A stretch of 64,000 bases of DNA, taken from an uncultured delta proteobacterium (GTDB taxonomy: Bacteria > Desulfobacterota > Binatia > HRBIN30 > BPIQ01). The notes beneath the pieces are model-generated. The model had not been told where the DNA came from and did no database searches. It saw only the letters and a program-made list of their open reading frames with translations. Positions 19,135 to 28,690 of this stretch are shown here, one piece after another (position 1 is the first letter of the stretch; each line of letters starts with the position of its first letter). The DNA is taken from the NCBI GenBank assembly GCA_963761335.1, contig CAVXGR010000009.1, forward strand, positions 58,545 to 122,544. The letters are read 5' to 3'. The translations under genes were made by a program, and so were the position numbers.

Positions 19135-20244
19135 ATGGCGTACATCTGGGAAAACGAGCAATGGCCTGCGCTGCACTGGGACAATCACGCCCTCAGCAAG
19201 CTGCTGGCGCATGTTTCCCGCGAGCAGGGTCGTCTCCTCGGCAAAATGGAAGGGTTGGGCTTCGAGCTGCGCAGCGAGGCGCACCTTCGCACGCTGACCG
19301 AGGACGTGGTCAAGTCGAGCGAGATCGAGGGCGAGAAGCTCCCCGCCGATCAGGTCAGGTCGTCGATCGCGAGGCGGCTCGGCATGGATGTCGGCGGGCT
19401 GGTCGCGGCCGATCGCCACGTCGAGGGGGTCGTCGAGATGATGCTCGACGCCACCGCAAGCTACAGCCACCCGCTGACCGAGGAGCGGTTGTTCGGGTGG
19501 CATGCGGCGCTGTTTCCGACCGGGCGCAGCGGCATGACCGAGATCCGGGTCGGGCAGTGGCGCGATGACGCCACCGGTCCAATGCAGGTCGTCTCGGGCC
19601 CGGTGGGCCGAGAGAAGGTCCACTACCAGGCCCCGCCGGCAGGGCGCGTCCCGGCCGAGATGGCGAAATTCCTGGACTGGTTTGAGAGGCCGGGCGATTC
19701 CGATCCCCTGCTGGTCGCGGGGCTCGCGCATCTCTGGTTCGTGACCATTCACCCGTTCGACGACGGCAACGGACGGATTGCCCGCGCCGTCGCGGACATG
19801 GCGCTGGCGCGCTCGGAGAAGACCGGCCAGCGCTTCTACAGCATGTCCGGACAAATTCGCGCCGAGCGCACTGAGTACTACAACACGCTCGAGCGCACCC
19901 AGAAAGCGGACCTCGATGTCACCCGCTGGCAGACATGGTTCCTGGAGTGTCTGCTGCGCGCCATCGAAGGCGCGCAGGGCACGCTCTCCTCTGTGCTCGT
20001 CAAAGCGCGCTTCTGGGAGCGCTTCGCAAGAGAGCCTCTGAACCAGCGCCAGATCAAGGTGCTCAACCGCCTGCTGGACGGCGTCGAAGGCAAGCTCACC
20101 TCATCGAAGTGGGCCAAGCTCGCCAAGTGCTCGCAGGACACGGCCCACCGCGACATCATGGATCTCGTCGAACGCGGCGCCCTGCAAAAAGATCCCGGCG
20201 GCGGACGCAGCACGAGCTACTCGTTGGTGCATCACGACCGATGA
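19135..20244 (+). CDS. Fic family protein (DUF4172 N-terminus, C-terminal wHTH)
   Basis: [12 protein letters not shown]ic motif; YIWE...WP N-terminus; SSEIEGE inhibitory motif. Confidence 0.92.
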   Translation: MAYIWENEQWPALHWDNHALSKLLAHVSREQGRLLGKMEGLGFELRSEAHLRTLTEDVVKSSEIEGEKLPADQVRSSIARRLGMDVGGLVAADRHVEGVVEMMLDATASYSHPLTEERLFGWHAALFPTGRSGMTEIRVGQWRDDATGPMQVVSGPVGREKVHYQAPPAGRVPAEMAKFLDWFERPGDSDPLLVAGLAHLWFVTIHPFDDGNGRIARAVADMALARSEKTGQRFYSMSGQIRAERTEYYNTLERTQKADLDVTRWQTWFLECLLRAIEGAQGTLSSVLVKARFWERFAREPLNQRQIKVLNRLLDGVEGKLTSSKWAKLAKCSQDTAHRDIMDLVERGALQKDPGGGRSTSYSLVHHDR

Positions 20245-20295
20245 AGCCGAGCCTGCAACGGATCTCCCACGCAGTACGGTTCCGGGCCGCAGGCG

Positions 20296-20961
20296 GTGAT
20301 GGCCTTGGCCGACGTGTGCCTGGAGGTTCCGCGGGGAGAATTCCTCTCGGTCATGGGACCGAGCGGTTGCGGCAAGAGCACGCTGCTCAACATCATCGCC
20401 GGGCTCGACCGGCCGAGCAGCGGGCGGGTCGAGGTCGACGGGCGGGATCTGTCGGCCCTCTCCGACGAGCAGCGCAGCGATCTCCGCCTGCAGCGCATCG
20501 GCTTCGTATTTCAGACCTTCAATCTCTTTCCGACCTTCACCGTCATCGAGAACGTCGCCTGGCCCCTGGAGTTTCTCGGATACCGCTGGAAGCAGGCGAG
20601 AGCGCGCGCCGTCGGCCTGCTCGAGCAGGTAGAGGTGGGAGCCGCCGCCCATGAACGCCGGCCGGCGGAGCTCTCCGGCGGCGAGCAACAGCGGGTCGCC
20701 ATCGCCCGCGCCCTGGTGACCGAGCCGGCCCTTCTCCTCGCCGACGAGCCCACCGGAAATCTCGACTCGCGCACCGGGCAGAGCGTGCTCGACCTGCTTC
20801 GCCGCCTGAACGGCGACCGCGAGCTGACCGTGATCCTGGTCACCCACAGCACCTTCGCCGCGACCTACGGCCATCGAACCGTCGAGCTGCGCGACGGCCG
20901 CATCATCGGCGAGAGCCGCGCCCGGACGACGCCGGCGCGGGTTCTGCCATTGCGGCAATAA
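20296..20961 (+). CDS. ABC transporter ATP-binding protein (LolD/MacB-like); true start may be 20241 with a frameshift
   Basis: [27 protein letters not shown]. Confidence 0.9.
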   Translation: MMALADVCLEVPRGEFLSVMGPSGCGKSTLLNIIAGLDRPSSGRVEVDGRDLSALSDEQRSDLRLQRIGFVFQTFNLFPTFTVIENVAWPLEFLGYRWKQARARAVGLLEQVEVGAAAHERRPAELSGGEQQRVAIARALVTEPALLLADEPTGNLDSRTGQSVLDLLRRLNGDRELTVILVTHSTFAATYGHRTVELRDGRIIGESRARTTPARVLPLRQ

Positions 20962-21326
20962 GGGGGACAGTGCGTCATGAGCCTTGCGGCTCGCCAGTAG
21001 ACGATGAAAATGGACGGCGTCCTGATTCACCGATCAGACGCTTGCGATGATACTTCCGCGCCGCGGGGGCGGGTCTCCTCTCCCCGCATCTTTCTGCGGG
21101 GAGAGGATCAAGGTGAGGGGTTCCTGTCTCACTGAAAGCTCCGTGAATCTCCACGGCCTTCACAGAGATCGGCACCCTCACCCTGACCCTCTCCCGCCAA
21201 GTAATGCGGGAGAGGGAACGCGCCCCCGAAGCGCACACCCAAGAGATTTTCGAAGCAGGCACCTTCTCGGCGGCGAAACGCCTCGATCGTTCGCCGAGGG
21301 GATCTGCGCCGAAAAGGGGCCTGTCC
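20962..21326 (-). mobile_element. Composite repeat copy 3: host palindrome interrupted by a ~291-bp element (20968-21258) with cargo B
   Basis: Reverse complement of 13810-14098; host arms GGACAGGCCCCTTTTCGGCG / CGCCGAGAAGGTGCCTG-TCCCC. Confidence 0.8.
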
Positions 21327-21373
21327 TCGGCGGCCGCCATCTGCGGCCGGGACGGCCGCGCTCCCAGATGCCA

Positions 21374-21404
21374 TTTGTGGGTTTTCGCTCTTTATTGTAT
21401 TGAC
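21374..21404 (+). promoter_or_regulatory. Conserved upstream motif shared with 23546-23576 (ends in TTGAC, -35-like)
   Basis: TTTGTGGGTTTTCGCTCTTTATTGTATTGAC vs TTTGTGGGTTTTCGGCTTTTGTTGTATTGAC. Confidence 0.6.
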
Positions 21405-21450
21405 GGCCGGGCCTGCGGCGACCTCCTCGACGCCGCCAAGGAGAATCGCG

Positions 21451-22282
21451 ATGGCAAGAACGGCAAGACTACTTCTGATTTCGCTGCTCGCCGCCTACCT
21501 GTGGCCGGCGGCGGCGATGGCCGGCGTCTCGCCTGTCCACTACTTCTACGAGGCGCTGCTCGACACCGACAGCGACACCGGCACCGGTGGCTCGGTCACC
21601 GTCGTCCAGGGTACTGAAACGCCGCACACCATTTCCGGCATCGACTACATCGTGCGCGCCTACGTGGGAGGCGAGGTCCCTTCGACCAGCGGTCCGGTGG
21701 AGGCAGTGAGCATCGGAGAACGAGGTCGTCTCCCGCGAGGTGCTCAAATGGGACGGGACGAGCTTCGTCAGCGTCGATTTCGACGTAAACGTGTATCCGC
21801 TCGGGACCAACGGCAGCACCGCCATGGTCGAGTGGGGCGCCCCCTGGGCGGACATCGGCGCACCCACCGGAACCATCCGCGCCGTATTCCACGCCTCGCG
21901 GGCCGCTATCGGCAGCGATTACACGACGGCGTTCGACTTCTCGCTGCGCGACGCCCCGGCCGTTTCGTCGCTCGGGCTGCTGGCCCTGGCTCTGCTGCTG
22001 CTCGCCGCCGGCAGCCTCGCCCTCTCCAGAAGGCGGGGCAATGCGGCGATCCTCGCCCTCGCCGTCCTTCTGGCGACGGCGCCGATCGCCCGGGCCGTGG
22101 TGGGAATCGTCCTCGACGGCAACTTCGACGACTGGGCGGGAATCGCTCCGGCGGTGACCGACGTTCCCGGTGATTCGTCCCTCAGCGACCCTGCCGAGGA
22201 CATCCTCGCCGGCTACGTCGCCGTCCAGGGAACCGACGTCTTCTTCCGCGTCGACATCGCCGGCCTGCCGCAGTCAATCTGA
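21451..22282 (+). pseudogene. Secreted protein with internal IPTL-CTERM-like anchor, paralog of 23601-24404; frameshift near 21710 (possibly a sequencing error)
   Basis: ORFs 21400-22173 and 21740-22282 together align along the intact paralog. Confidence 0.7.
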
Positions 22283-22351
22283 GGCAGGGCACCGCGCCCC
22301 GGGGCTCATTCGCCGGTTGACAGGCCGGCCTGATCGCGGACAAACAACGGG

Positions 22352-23486
22352 ATGCATTCCCGCCCCCGGGATCTTCCCGCGTCTACCCTGCTCCTCGCCG
22401 CCCTTCTCCTGCTGCCCGGATGCGGCGGCAGCACGGCGCCCGTGGTGTTCACCGGCGCCGAGGCGGCGCAGGCGGCCTCCGGCGCCGCCGTGTCGATCGC
22501 CACCACCTTCGGCGTCGATCTCGCCGGCCTCGCCGGCCTCTTCGACAGCTCGGCGACGGCGCCCTCGACCATCGGCTTCGCCACCCGCGTGCTGCGCAGC
22601 GTGCGCCGCGAGGCGCTCTCGGAGAATCAGAACACCGCTGGCAACGCCGTCATCATTTCCGACACCTGCCCGTGCGGTGGCGCCATCCAGAAGTCCTGCG
22701 GCATCACCAAGACAACCAGCGTCTTCGCCGCCTCGCTGGCGAACTGCTGCATCACCGACGACCTGCTCCCGGGCGAGCAGATCTTTGCCACCGGCGGCCT
22801 GCTGCTGACCGTCGACGACCCGTCCGCATGCCTCGGCGGAGGAGTGCAGCCGTCCTCGACACAGACGCTGTCGTTCTCGAACCTCGGCGTCATCGTCAAC
22901 GACGCCTCGGGATCGAGGGCCGGGACGCTGGTGGCCGCCGCCCTCAACCTCAGCTACGAGCCGACCGGGAGCACCGGCTGCGCCGGCCCGGACGCCACCT
23001 TCGTCCTCTCCGGCGGTCTCGACGTCACCGCCACCGCCGACGGCCTCGACCTCGCCCTGAGCTTCGCGAACCTCACCAGCGATTTCCAGTCGACTACCGG
23101 CAGCGGCGCCTGCCAGGGGCAAGCCCTAGTGAACGGGACGCTCGCCGTCAGCGACCGCGCCGGCGGCCGCTCCTTCTCGGCCGGGTTCAGCGATACCCGG
23201 ATCGCCTCCAGCTCCTCGGGCACCGCCGTGGACGTCTCCATCGACGGCACCACAGCGCTCTCTTGCACCGGCGAGGCCACCTTCACCACCGCAGAGCCGC
23301 TGGCGCTGGCGAGCGGCGAGACGTGCCCGACCGCAGGCCGGCTGACCGTCGGCACTCCCCGACGGTACCTCCGGCATCCACTACACCTCCGCCGGCGGTC
23401 TCGAGATCGATCTGGGCGACGACGGCAGCGTCGACCAGTCGTTCGCGACCTGCGACGATCCGCAGCTCGCCCAGTGCCGCGGCTGA
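22352..23486 (+). CDS. Cys-rich lipoprotein; +1 frameshift in a C run at 23357-23360
   Basis: Lipobox LPGC; removing one C gives ...TPDGTSGIHYTSAGGLEIDLGDDGSVDQSFATCDDPQLAQCRG*. Confidence 0.65.
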
Positions 23487-23545
23487 GAGCTGCAGCCTGG
23501 GTGAAATCGCGCCACCTCGCCGGAGCGAGATCTCCGCCCCTCTGG

Positions 23546-23576
23546 TTTGTGGGTTTTCGGCTTTTGTTGTATTGAC
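23546..23576 (+). promoter_or_regulatory. Second copy of the conserved upstream motif
   Basis: Near identity to 21374-21404. Confidence 0.6.
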
Positions 23577-23600
23577 ACGCGCGGTTTCGGAGCGAGGAGA

Positions 23601-24404
23601 ATGGCAATGTCTAAGATGGGAAATTTGTTGATAATTCCGCTGCTCGCCGCCTGCTTGTGGCCGGCGGCCGCGAGGGCCGGAATCGTCACCATTCCCCACT
23701 ACTACTACGAGGTGCTGCTCGACACCGACAGCGACACCGCTACGGGCGGCTCTGTGCCGGTCGTCCAGGGCAGCGAGTCACCTCACACCATTCCCGGAAT
23801 CGACTACATCGTTCGCGCCTATGCGGGGAACGACCCGGGCCCGAAGGTCTTCTACCGCGACGTGCTGAAGTGGAACGGGGCGAGCTTCGAGCTCGTCGAT
23901 GAGGACACCAGTGTCTACCCGATCGCCGTCGACGGCTTCGCCAAGGTCGAGTTCGGATCGCCCTGGGAGGCCATCGGCTCGCCCACGGGGACCATCCGCG
24001 GCGTCTTTCACGCCAGCCGGGTGAACGTCGACGCCAACGACTACACCGCGGCCTTTGACTTCTCCCTGCGAAGCGCGCCGGCGATCTCGACCGCCGGGCT
24101 CGCGGCGCTGGCGCTGCTGCTGCTGGCCGCAGGCGGCTTCGCCCTGTCGAGGCGACGGGGCAACCCAGCGTTCCTGGCACTCGCCGTGATGTTGGCGGCA
24201 GCGCCTGTCGTCCGGGCCGCGGGCATCGTCCTCGACGGCAACTTCGACGACTGGGCCGGGATCAACCCGGTGGTCACCGACGCCGGTGGCGATTCGTCGA
24301 TCAGCGATCCGGCCGAGGACATCCTGGCGGGCTATGTCGCCGTCCAGGGAACCGAGGTCTTCTTCCGCGTCGATCTGGCGGCGGCACCGCCTCCGGAAAT
24401 GTGA
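23601..24404 (+). CDS. Secreted protein: signal peptide + beta-domain half + IPTL-CTERM-like TM + second signal-like segment + DG..DW-containing domain half
   Basis: RBS GAGGAG; APAISTAGLAALALLLLAAGGFALSRRR then GNPAFLALAVMLAAAPVVRA-AGIVLDGNFDDW. Confidence 0.75.
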   Translation: MAMSKMGNLLIIPLLAACLWPAAARAGIVTIPHYYYEVLLDTDSDTATGGSVPVVQGSESPHTIPGIDYIVRAYAGNDPGPKVFYRDVLKWNGASFELVDEDTSVYPIAVDGFAKVEFGSPWEAIGSPTGTIRGVFHASRVNVDANDYTAAFDFSLRSAPAISTAGLAALALLLLAAGGFALSRRRGNPAFLALAVMLAAAPVVRAAGIVLDGNFDDWAGINPVVTDAGGDSSISDPAEDILAGYVAVQGTEVFFRVDLAAAPPPEM

Positions 24405-24537
24405 CCAGACCCCGCTGACCCTCGACCAGCGAGCACCGCGGTACAATAGCGGAGGAGCGGATGAGAAGCGCCATCGTCCTCGCGGCGACGCTGGCAAGCC
24501 TTCCGAACGTCTTGTGAGAAGAGGAGCTACCGGCACC

Positions 24538-24754
24538 TAGGGCAAGATCTCGGGGCGGGGGTCCCGCTCATCCTCCATTCTCCGGAGCTCCTCCATTCTC
24601 ATTCCCGGTTCTCGTCCCGTCGTTTTCCATTTGCTCTGACAGCTGGGGCCGGGCCCGCAGCGGATCGCTTCCGCCGCGGCTCGCAGAACAATGGAAAACG
24701 ACGGGACGAGAACCGGGAATGAGAATGGAAAACAGCAGTTTCATTCTTGCCCTA
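24538..24754. repeat. MITE-like element: 10-bp outer IR TAGGGCAAGA/TCTTGCCCTA enclosing a perfect 40-bp inverted repeat (24592-24631 / 24690-24729)
   Basis: Both arms read directly from the sequence. Confidence 0.7.
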
Positions 24755-24852
24755 TCGGCGAAGAGCCCCCCGGGCTGGCGCTAGGGCGGCGCAGGTGATT
24801 TGAGATTCCCTCGCCCGCAACGGGGCGCACTCCGTCTGGGAATCTCGTTCTG

Positions 24853-26292
24853 GTGAATCGTCAGCAAGAAGTCACGCCGTCAGCCGAGGGCGCCGCCCCG
24901 GGACTGCCGGCGCTGCGCAACCGCATCGTCGCCCGCCTCGAGGAGCGCGGCAGCTATCCGACCTGGGTGCTGATTGCGGCGCTGACCGGGGTCTTCGCCA
25001 CCAGCTTTCCGATCACCATCCTCACCATCTCGCTGACCTCGATCGCCGCCGAGTTCGCGGTGCGCGAGACCACCATCGCCTGGGTGATATCGGCGCCGGT
25101 GCTGCTCTCCGCCATCGCCCTGCCGCTGCTCGGCAAGCTCGGCGACCTGCGCGGTCACCGGCGCGTCTTTCTCGCCGGCTTCGCCGCCGCCACGGTCGCC
25201 GCCGTGGCCACCGCCTTCGCCTGGGACGCCGCCTCGCTGATCGGCCTGCGCATCGTCGCGGCGATCGTCGGCGCCGCCACCCAGCCGACCTCGATGGCGC
25301 TCATCTTCAGCGTCTACGAGCCCAAGGATCGGGTGCGGGCCACCGGCTGGTGGGCGATGATGGGAGCCGCCGCGCCGGCGGCCGGTCTGATCGCCGGCGG
25401 CCCGCTCGTCGACCTCTTCGGCTGGCGCATCGTCTTCGTGCTGCAGGCGGTCTTCTCCCTGGTGGCTCTGGGACTGGCCAGCTTGGTGCTGCGGGAGACG
25501 CCCCGCCATGAGGCGCGCTTCGACGTCGCCGGCGGCACCACCCTCGCCGTCGGCGTCGCCGGTCTGATGTTCGCTCTCGGCCGCAGCCGAGACGCCGGTA
25601 TCGACTCGCCGACGGTGTGGGGTCCGGTGGTCGTCGGCCTCCTCGGGCTGGCCCTCTTCGCCTGGGTGGAGAGGCGCGTCGAGGCGCCGCTGCTACCCCT
25701 CGAGTACTTCCGACGCCGCAACTTCACCGCCGCCATGCTCGCCGGCAGCTTCATGGGCGCGGCATACATGGGGGCCTTCGTCATCGCCCCCATCGTCCTC
25801 CTGGAGATCTTCAAGTACTCGATCACCGCCACCGCCGGCATCATGCTGATGCGCACCATGACCCTGACGATCTCCTCCCCCCTCGGCGGCAGACTCGGCA
25901 CGACGCTCGGCGAACGCACCGCGGCGGCCATCGGCTCGGCGATCGTCGCCGTCTCCCTGGTGGTGGTGGCCTACGGCTGCCTCACCCGCTCGCTGGCGGT
26001 GCTCTGCACCGGGCTGGTGCTGCAGGGGCTCGGCAACGGCATCGGCTCGCCGCCGATGACCTCGGCGGTCGCCAGCTCGGTGCCGAACCGGGATCTCGGC
26101 ATCGCCGCCGCTGCCAGCCGCTTGACCGCGCAGGTCGGCGTCGCCTTCGGCATCACCACGCTCACCATGGTGTACGGCGGCATCAACACCGGCGCCGCCC
26201 TGGCGCACGCCTTTCTGGTGGGCGCCGTCCTGGCGGTGGGGGCGGTGCTCGCCTCCGTCTGCATGGGGCGGTCGCAGCCCGCGCTCGCCTAG
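24853..26292 (+). CDS. MFS transporter (DHA2-like, 14 TM)
   Basis: GKLGDLRGHRR motif A; GGPLVDLFGWRIVF; PLLPLEYF. Confidence 0.9.
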   Translation: MNRQQEVTPSAEGAAPGLPALRNRIVARLEERGSYPTWVLIAALTGVFATSFPITILTISLTSIAAEFAVRETTIAWVISAPVLLSAIALPLLGKLGDLRGHRRVFLAGFAAATVAAVATAFAWDAASLIGLRIVAAIVGAATQPTSMALIFSVYEPKDRVRATGWWAMMGAAAPAAGLIAGGPLVDLFGWRIVFVLQAVFSLVALGLASLVLRETPRHEARFDVAGGTTLAVGVAGLMFALGRSRDAGIDSPTVWGPVVVGLLGLALFAWVERRVEAPLLPLEYFRRRNFTAAMLAGSFMGAAYMGAFVIAPIVLLEIFKYSITATAGIMLMRTMTLTISSPLGGRLGTTLGERTAAAIGSAIVAVSLVVVAYGCLTRSLAVLCTGLVLQGLGNGIGSPPMTSAVASSVPNRDLGIAAAASRLTAQVGVAFGITTLTMVYGGINTGAALAHAFLVGAVLAVGAVLASVCMGRSQPALA

Positions 26293-26673
26293 AAAAGAAA
26301 CTTGCCGTTGCCGGCGGCGACCGGGCGCGACGGGTCGTCCTGCCAGGCGATCGGCGTGCACGACGGCGACACGGCGCCCGAGCTTGAAGATGTCGGCGCG
26401 CGCCCGCGTCGTCGCCGGTCCGGCGCTGCGCAGGTAGTCGATGCTGAAGTTGATCGGCTTCGGCACCTTGTCGCTGCCGCTCTCGTCGATCAGGCGGAGC
26501 AGCGCGGTAAGCTCGAGAAAGGCGCCGAGAACGCCGCCGTGAACCGCCGGCAGGCGGGCGTTGCCGACGATCTCCTGGCGGAATGGCAGCACGCAGTGCA
26601 GGACGCCGTCGCTGCGGTCCACCTCGACGCCCAGGAAGCGGGCGTAGGGGATGGCGTCGACGATGTGCCTCAC
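26289..26673 (-). CDS. PaaI family thioesterase; frameshift near 26352
   Basis: HGGVLGAFLE, IDYLRS; shifting frame restores ...VHA-IAWQDDPSRPVAAGNGKFLF*. Confidence 0.75.
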
Positions 26674-27164
26674 GAGTCGCCGCCCCCGACCTTGGCGCGG
26701 GTGAAGGGGCTACCCGACGAGTTGGCGCCCAGCATGAACGTCCCCAGGCAGCTCGCGAAGGGATCGGTCGCCTCGCTTTCGTAGGCGACGCCGCGCACGA
26801 AGGCGACGTTGCGCGTCGTGCGGTAGCACTCGGCCCGCGCGAACAGGTCGACGCGCGGCCGCGCGGCGCGCAGGTAGTCGACGCGCAGGTCGATGGTGGC
26901 GATGGCCCCCAGCTCCTCGAGCGCACAGGCGACGGCGAGGCCCGAGGCCTGATCGATCAGCGTGGTGATGGCGCCGCCGAAGACGACGTGGCGGCCGGGG
27001 TCGCCGATGAGCTCGGCCCGATAGGGAAGCTTCATCACCGCAAAGCCGGGGCCGGTCTCCACCACCCGCATGCCGAGGAACCAGGCGTGCGGCGTGTGCC
27101 GCGTCATCTCCTCGGTCCCCGGACCGAAGAGAAAGCCCAGCGCATAGCGCCTCTCCGTCCCCAT
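26670..27164 (-). CDS. PaaI family thioesterase
   Basis: FGGAITTLIDQASG, ATIDLRVDYLR. Confidence 0.85.
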   Translation of the reverse strand: MGTERRYALGFLFGPGTEEMTRHTPHAWFLGMRVVETGPGFAVMKLPYRAELIGDPGRHVVFGGAITTLIDQASGLAVACALEELGAIATIDLRVDYLRAARPRVDLFARAECYRTTRNVAFVRGVAYESEATDPFASCLGTFMLGANSSGSPFTRAKVGGGDS

Positions 27165-27278
27165 CGCCGATCGTCTCCCTCGCCGCGGCATTCTGCCGCA
27201 GCGGCGCGGCGGCGACAATCCCGGTAGAAGCGGGCGTCTCGCCGCTTCGGGAAGCGCCGGAACGGGGCTTCTGCTTCC

Positions 27279-28142
27279 TCAGTGCGGCGGCGGCACGAAC
27301 CACACCGGGCAGCTGGAGCGGTGCAGGACCTGGCGCGCTGTGTCGCGGGTAAAGAGATAGCGGAACAGGCCGCGGGCGTGCTCTCCCATGATCATGAAGG
27401 ACGGGTGGATGTCGGCGGCCAGCCGCAGGATCTCCTCGAGGGCATCACCCTGGCGCACGTGGCACTCGACCCTCTCCATCATGTCGAGCGGTACCAGGTC
27501 GTTCAGACACTGCTGCGCCTCCTCGAGGTCGAGCAGCCCCCGCCGCAGCGGCGCCACGTGCATCAGGTGCAGGAACAGCGGCAGCTCGGCGCACAGCCCC
27601 AAGGCGTACTCGGCAATGCGCTTGCCGTCGTCTCTCATGTCGATCGGCACCAGCACGGCGACCGGATCGGCGCCCTCCCGGGCCCGCAGGCGGAACGACT
27701 CCAGCGATGCCTTGGCCTCCTGCATGGTCAGCACGGGGCACGGCGAGCCGTCGATGATGCGCTCGGCGACCGAGGCGTGGTCCGGCGTGCTCCAGCCGTG
27801 GCTGCCGAGAACGATCAGGTCGGCGGGCAGGCGATGCGCCAGCTCGAGGATCACCGGACAGAGCGGGCCGACGCTGATGCTGGCCTCGGCCTGCACGGTC
27901 TTGGGCAGCTGGGCGAGAATCTCGCGCATCCCCTGCTCCTCCTCGGCCGCGGCACCCGGATGCTCGGGATGCTCCTTGTTCCACTCCCAGGCGCGGGTGA
28001 ACGCCGGAGAGGAGGCGGCGCGGTTGTGGTGCAGGATCAGGCGCGCCCCGAAGGACTCGCAGACCTCGAGCGCGAGGCGCACCTCCTGCCGCGCCAGGTC
28101 CGTCAGGTCGACCGGGCAGAGAACGGTGTTGATCAGTGGCAT
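27279..28142 (-). CDS. Universal stress protein (tandem USP domains)
   Basis: VLCPVD, ADLIVLGSHG, SVAERII...CPV; second domain ends in CPVWFV. Confidence 0.9.
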   Translation of the reverse strand: MPLINTVLCPVDLTDLARQEVRLALEVCESFGARLILHHNRAASSPAFTRAWEWNKEHPEHPGAAAEEEQGMREILAQLPKTVQAEASISVGPLCPVILELAHRLPADLIVLGSHGWSTPDHASVAERIIDGSPCPVLTMQEAKASLESFRLRAREGADPVAVLVPIDMRDDGKRIAEYALGLCAELPLFLHLMHVAPLRRGLLDLEEAQQCLNDLVPLDMMERVECHVRQGDALEEILRLAADIHPSFMIMGEHARGLFRYLFTRDTARQVLHRSSCPVWFVPPPH

Positions 28143-28296
28143 GGGGCACCTCCGAGCGATGGTGTCTACCTGGATGTTTCAAGTTCTCTGCCATCCCGAC
28201 CGCGGCAGCCGGACGGGAGCCCGGAGCGTGTGCCCGCCGATTGATTCCCGCCCGCGGGAAGCCTTTCGCGCCGCTGCGGAAGCCGGCAGGCGATTG

Positions 28297-28626
28297 GTAG
28301 AAGCGGCGTCTCGCCGCTTCCGGAAGCGCCGGGACGGCGCTTCTACTGGGCGGCGGAAGGGCAAGTGTAGAAGCGGCGTCTCGCCGCTTCCCGAAGCGCC
28401 GGGACGGCGCTTCTACTGGGCGGCGGAAGGGCAAGTGTAGAAGCGGCGTCTCGCCGCTTCCCGAAGCGCCGGGACGGCGCTTCTACTGGGCGGCGGAAGG
28501 GCAAGTGTAGAAGCGGCGTCTCGCCGCTTCCCGAAGCGCCGGGACGGCGCTTCTACTGGGCGACGGAAGGGCAAGTGTAGAAGCGGCGTCTCGCCGCTTC
28601 CGGGAGCGCCGGGACGGCGCTTCTAC
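28297..28626. repeat. Tandem array of five GTAG...CTAC REP doublets, 70-bp period
   Basis: Unit GTAGAAGCGGCGTCTCGCCGCTTCCCGAAGCGCCGGGACGGCGCTTCTAC + near-identical linker; starts at 28297, 28367, 28437, 28507, 28577. Confidence 0.9.
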
Positions 28627-28690
28627 TTTCGCCTGGACGCGTCTGACGCAGTTCTTTGCAAATGTTCCCCCCTGACGTTAGGAGAACGGC

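Noticed and set aside
28297..28626. CRISPR array
   Set aside because: Linkers between repeats are essentially identical rather than unique spacers, units are REP doublets, and no cas genes are present.
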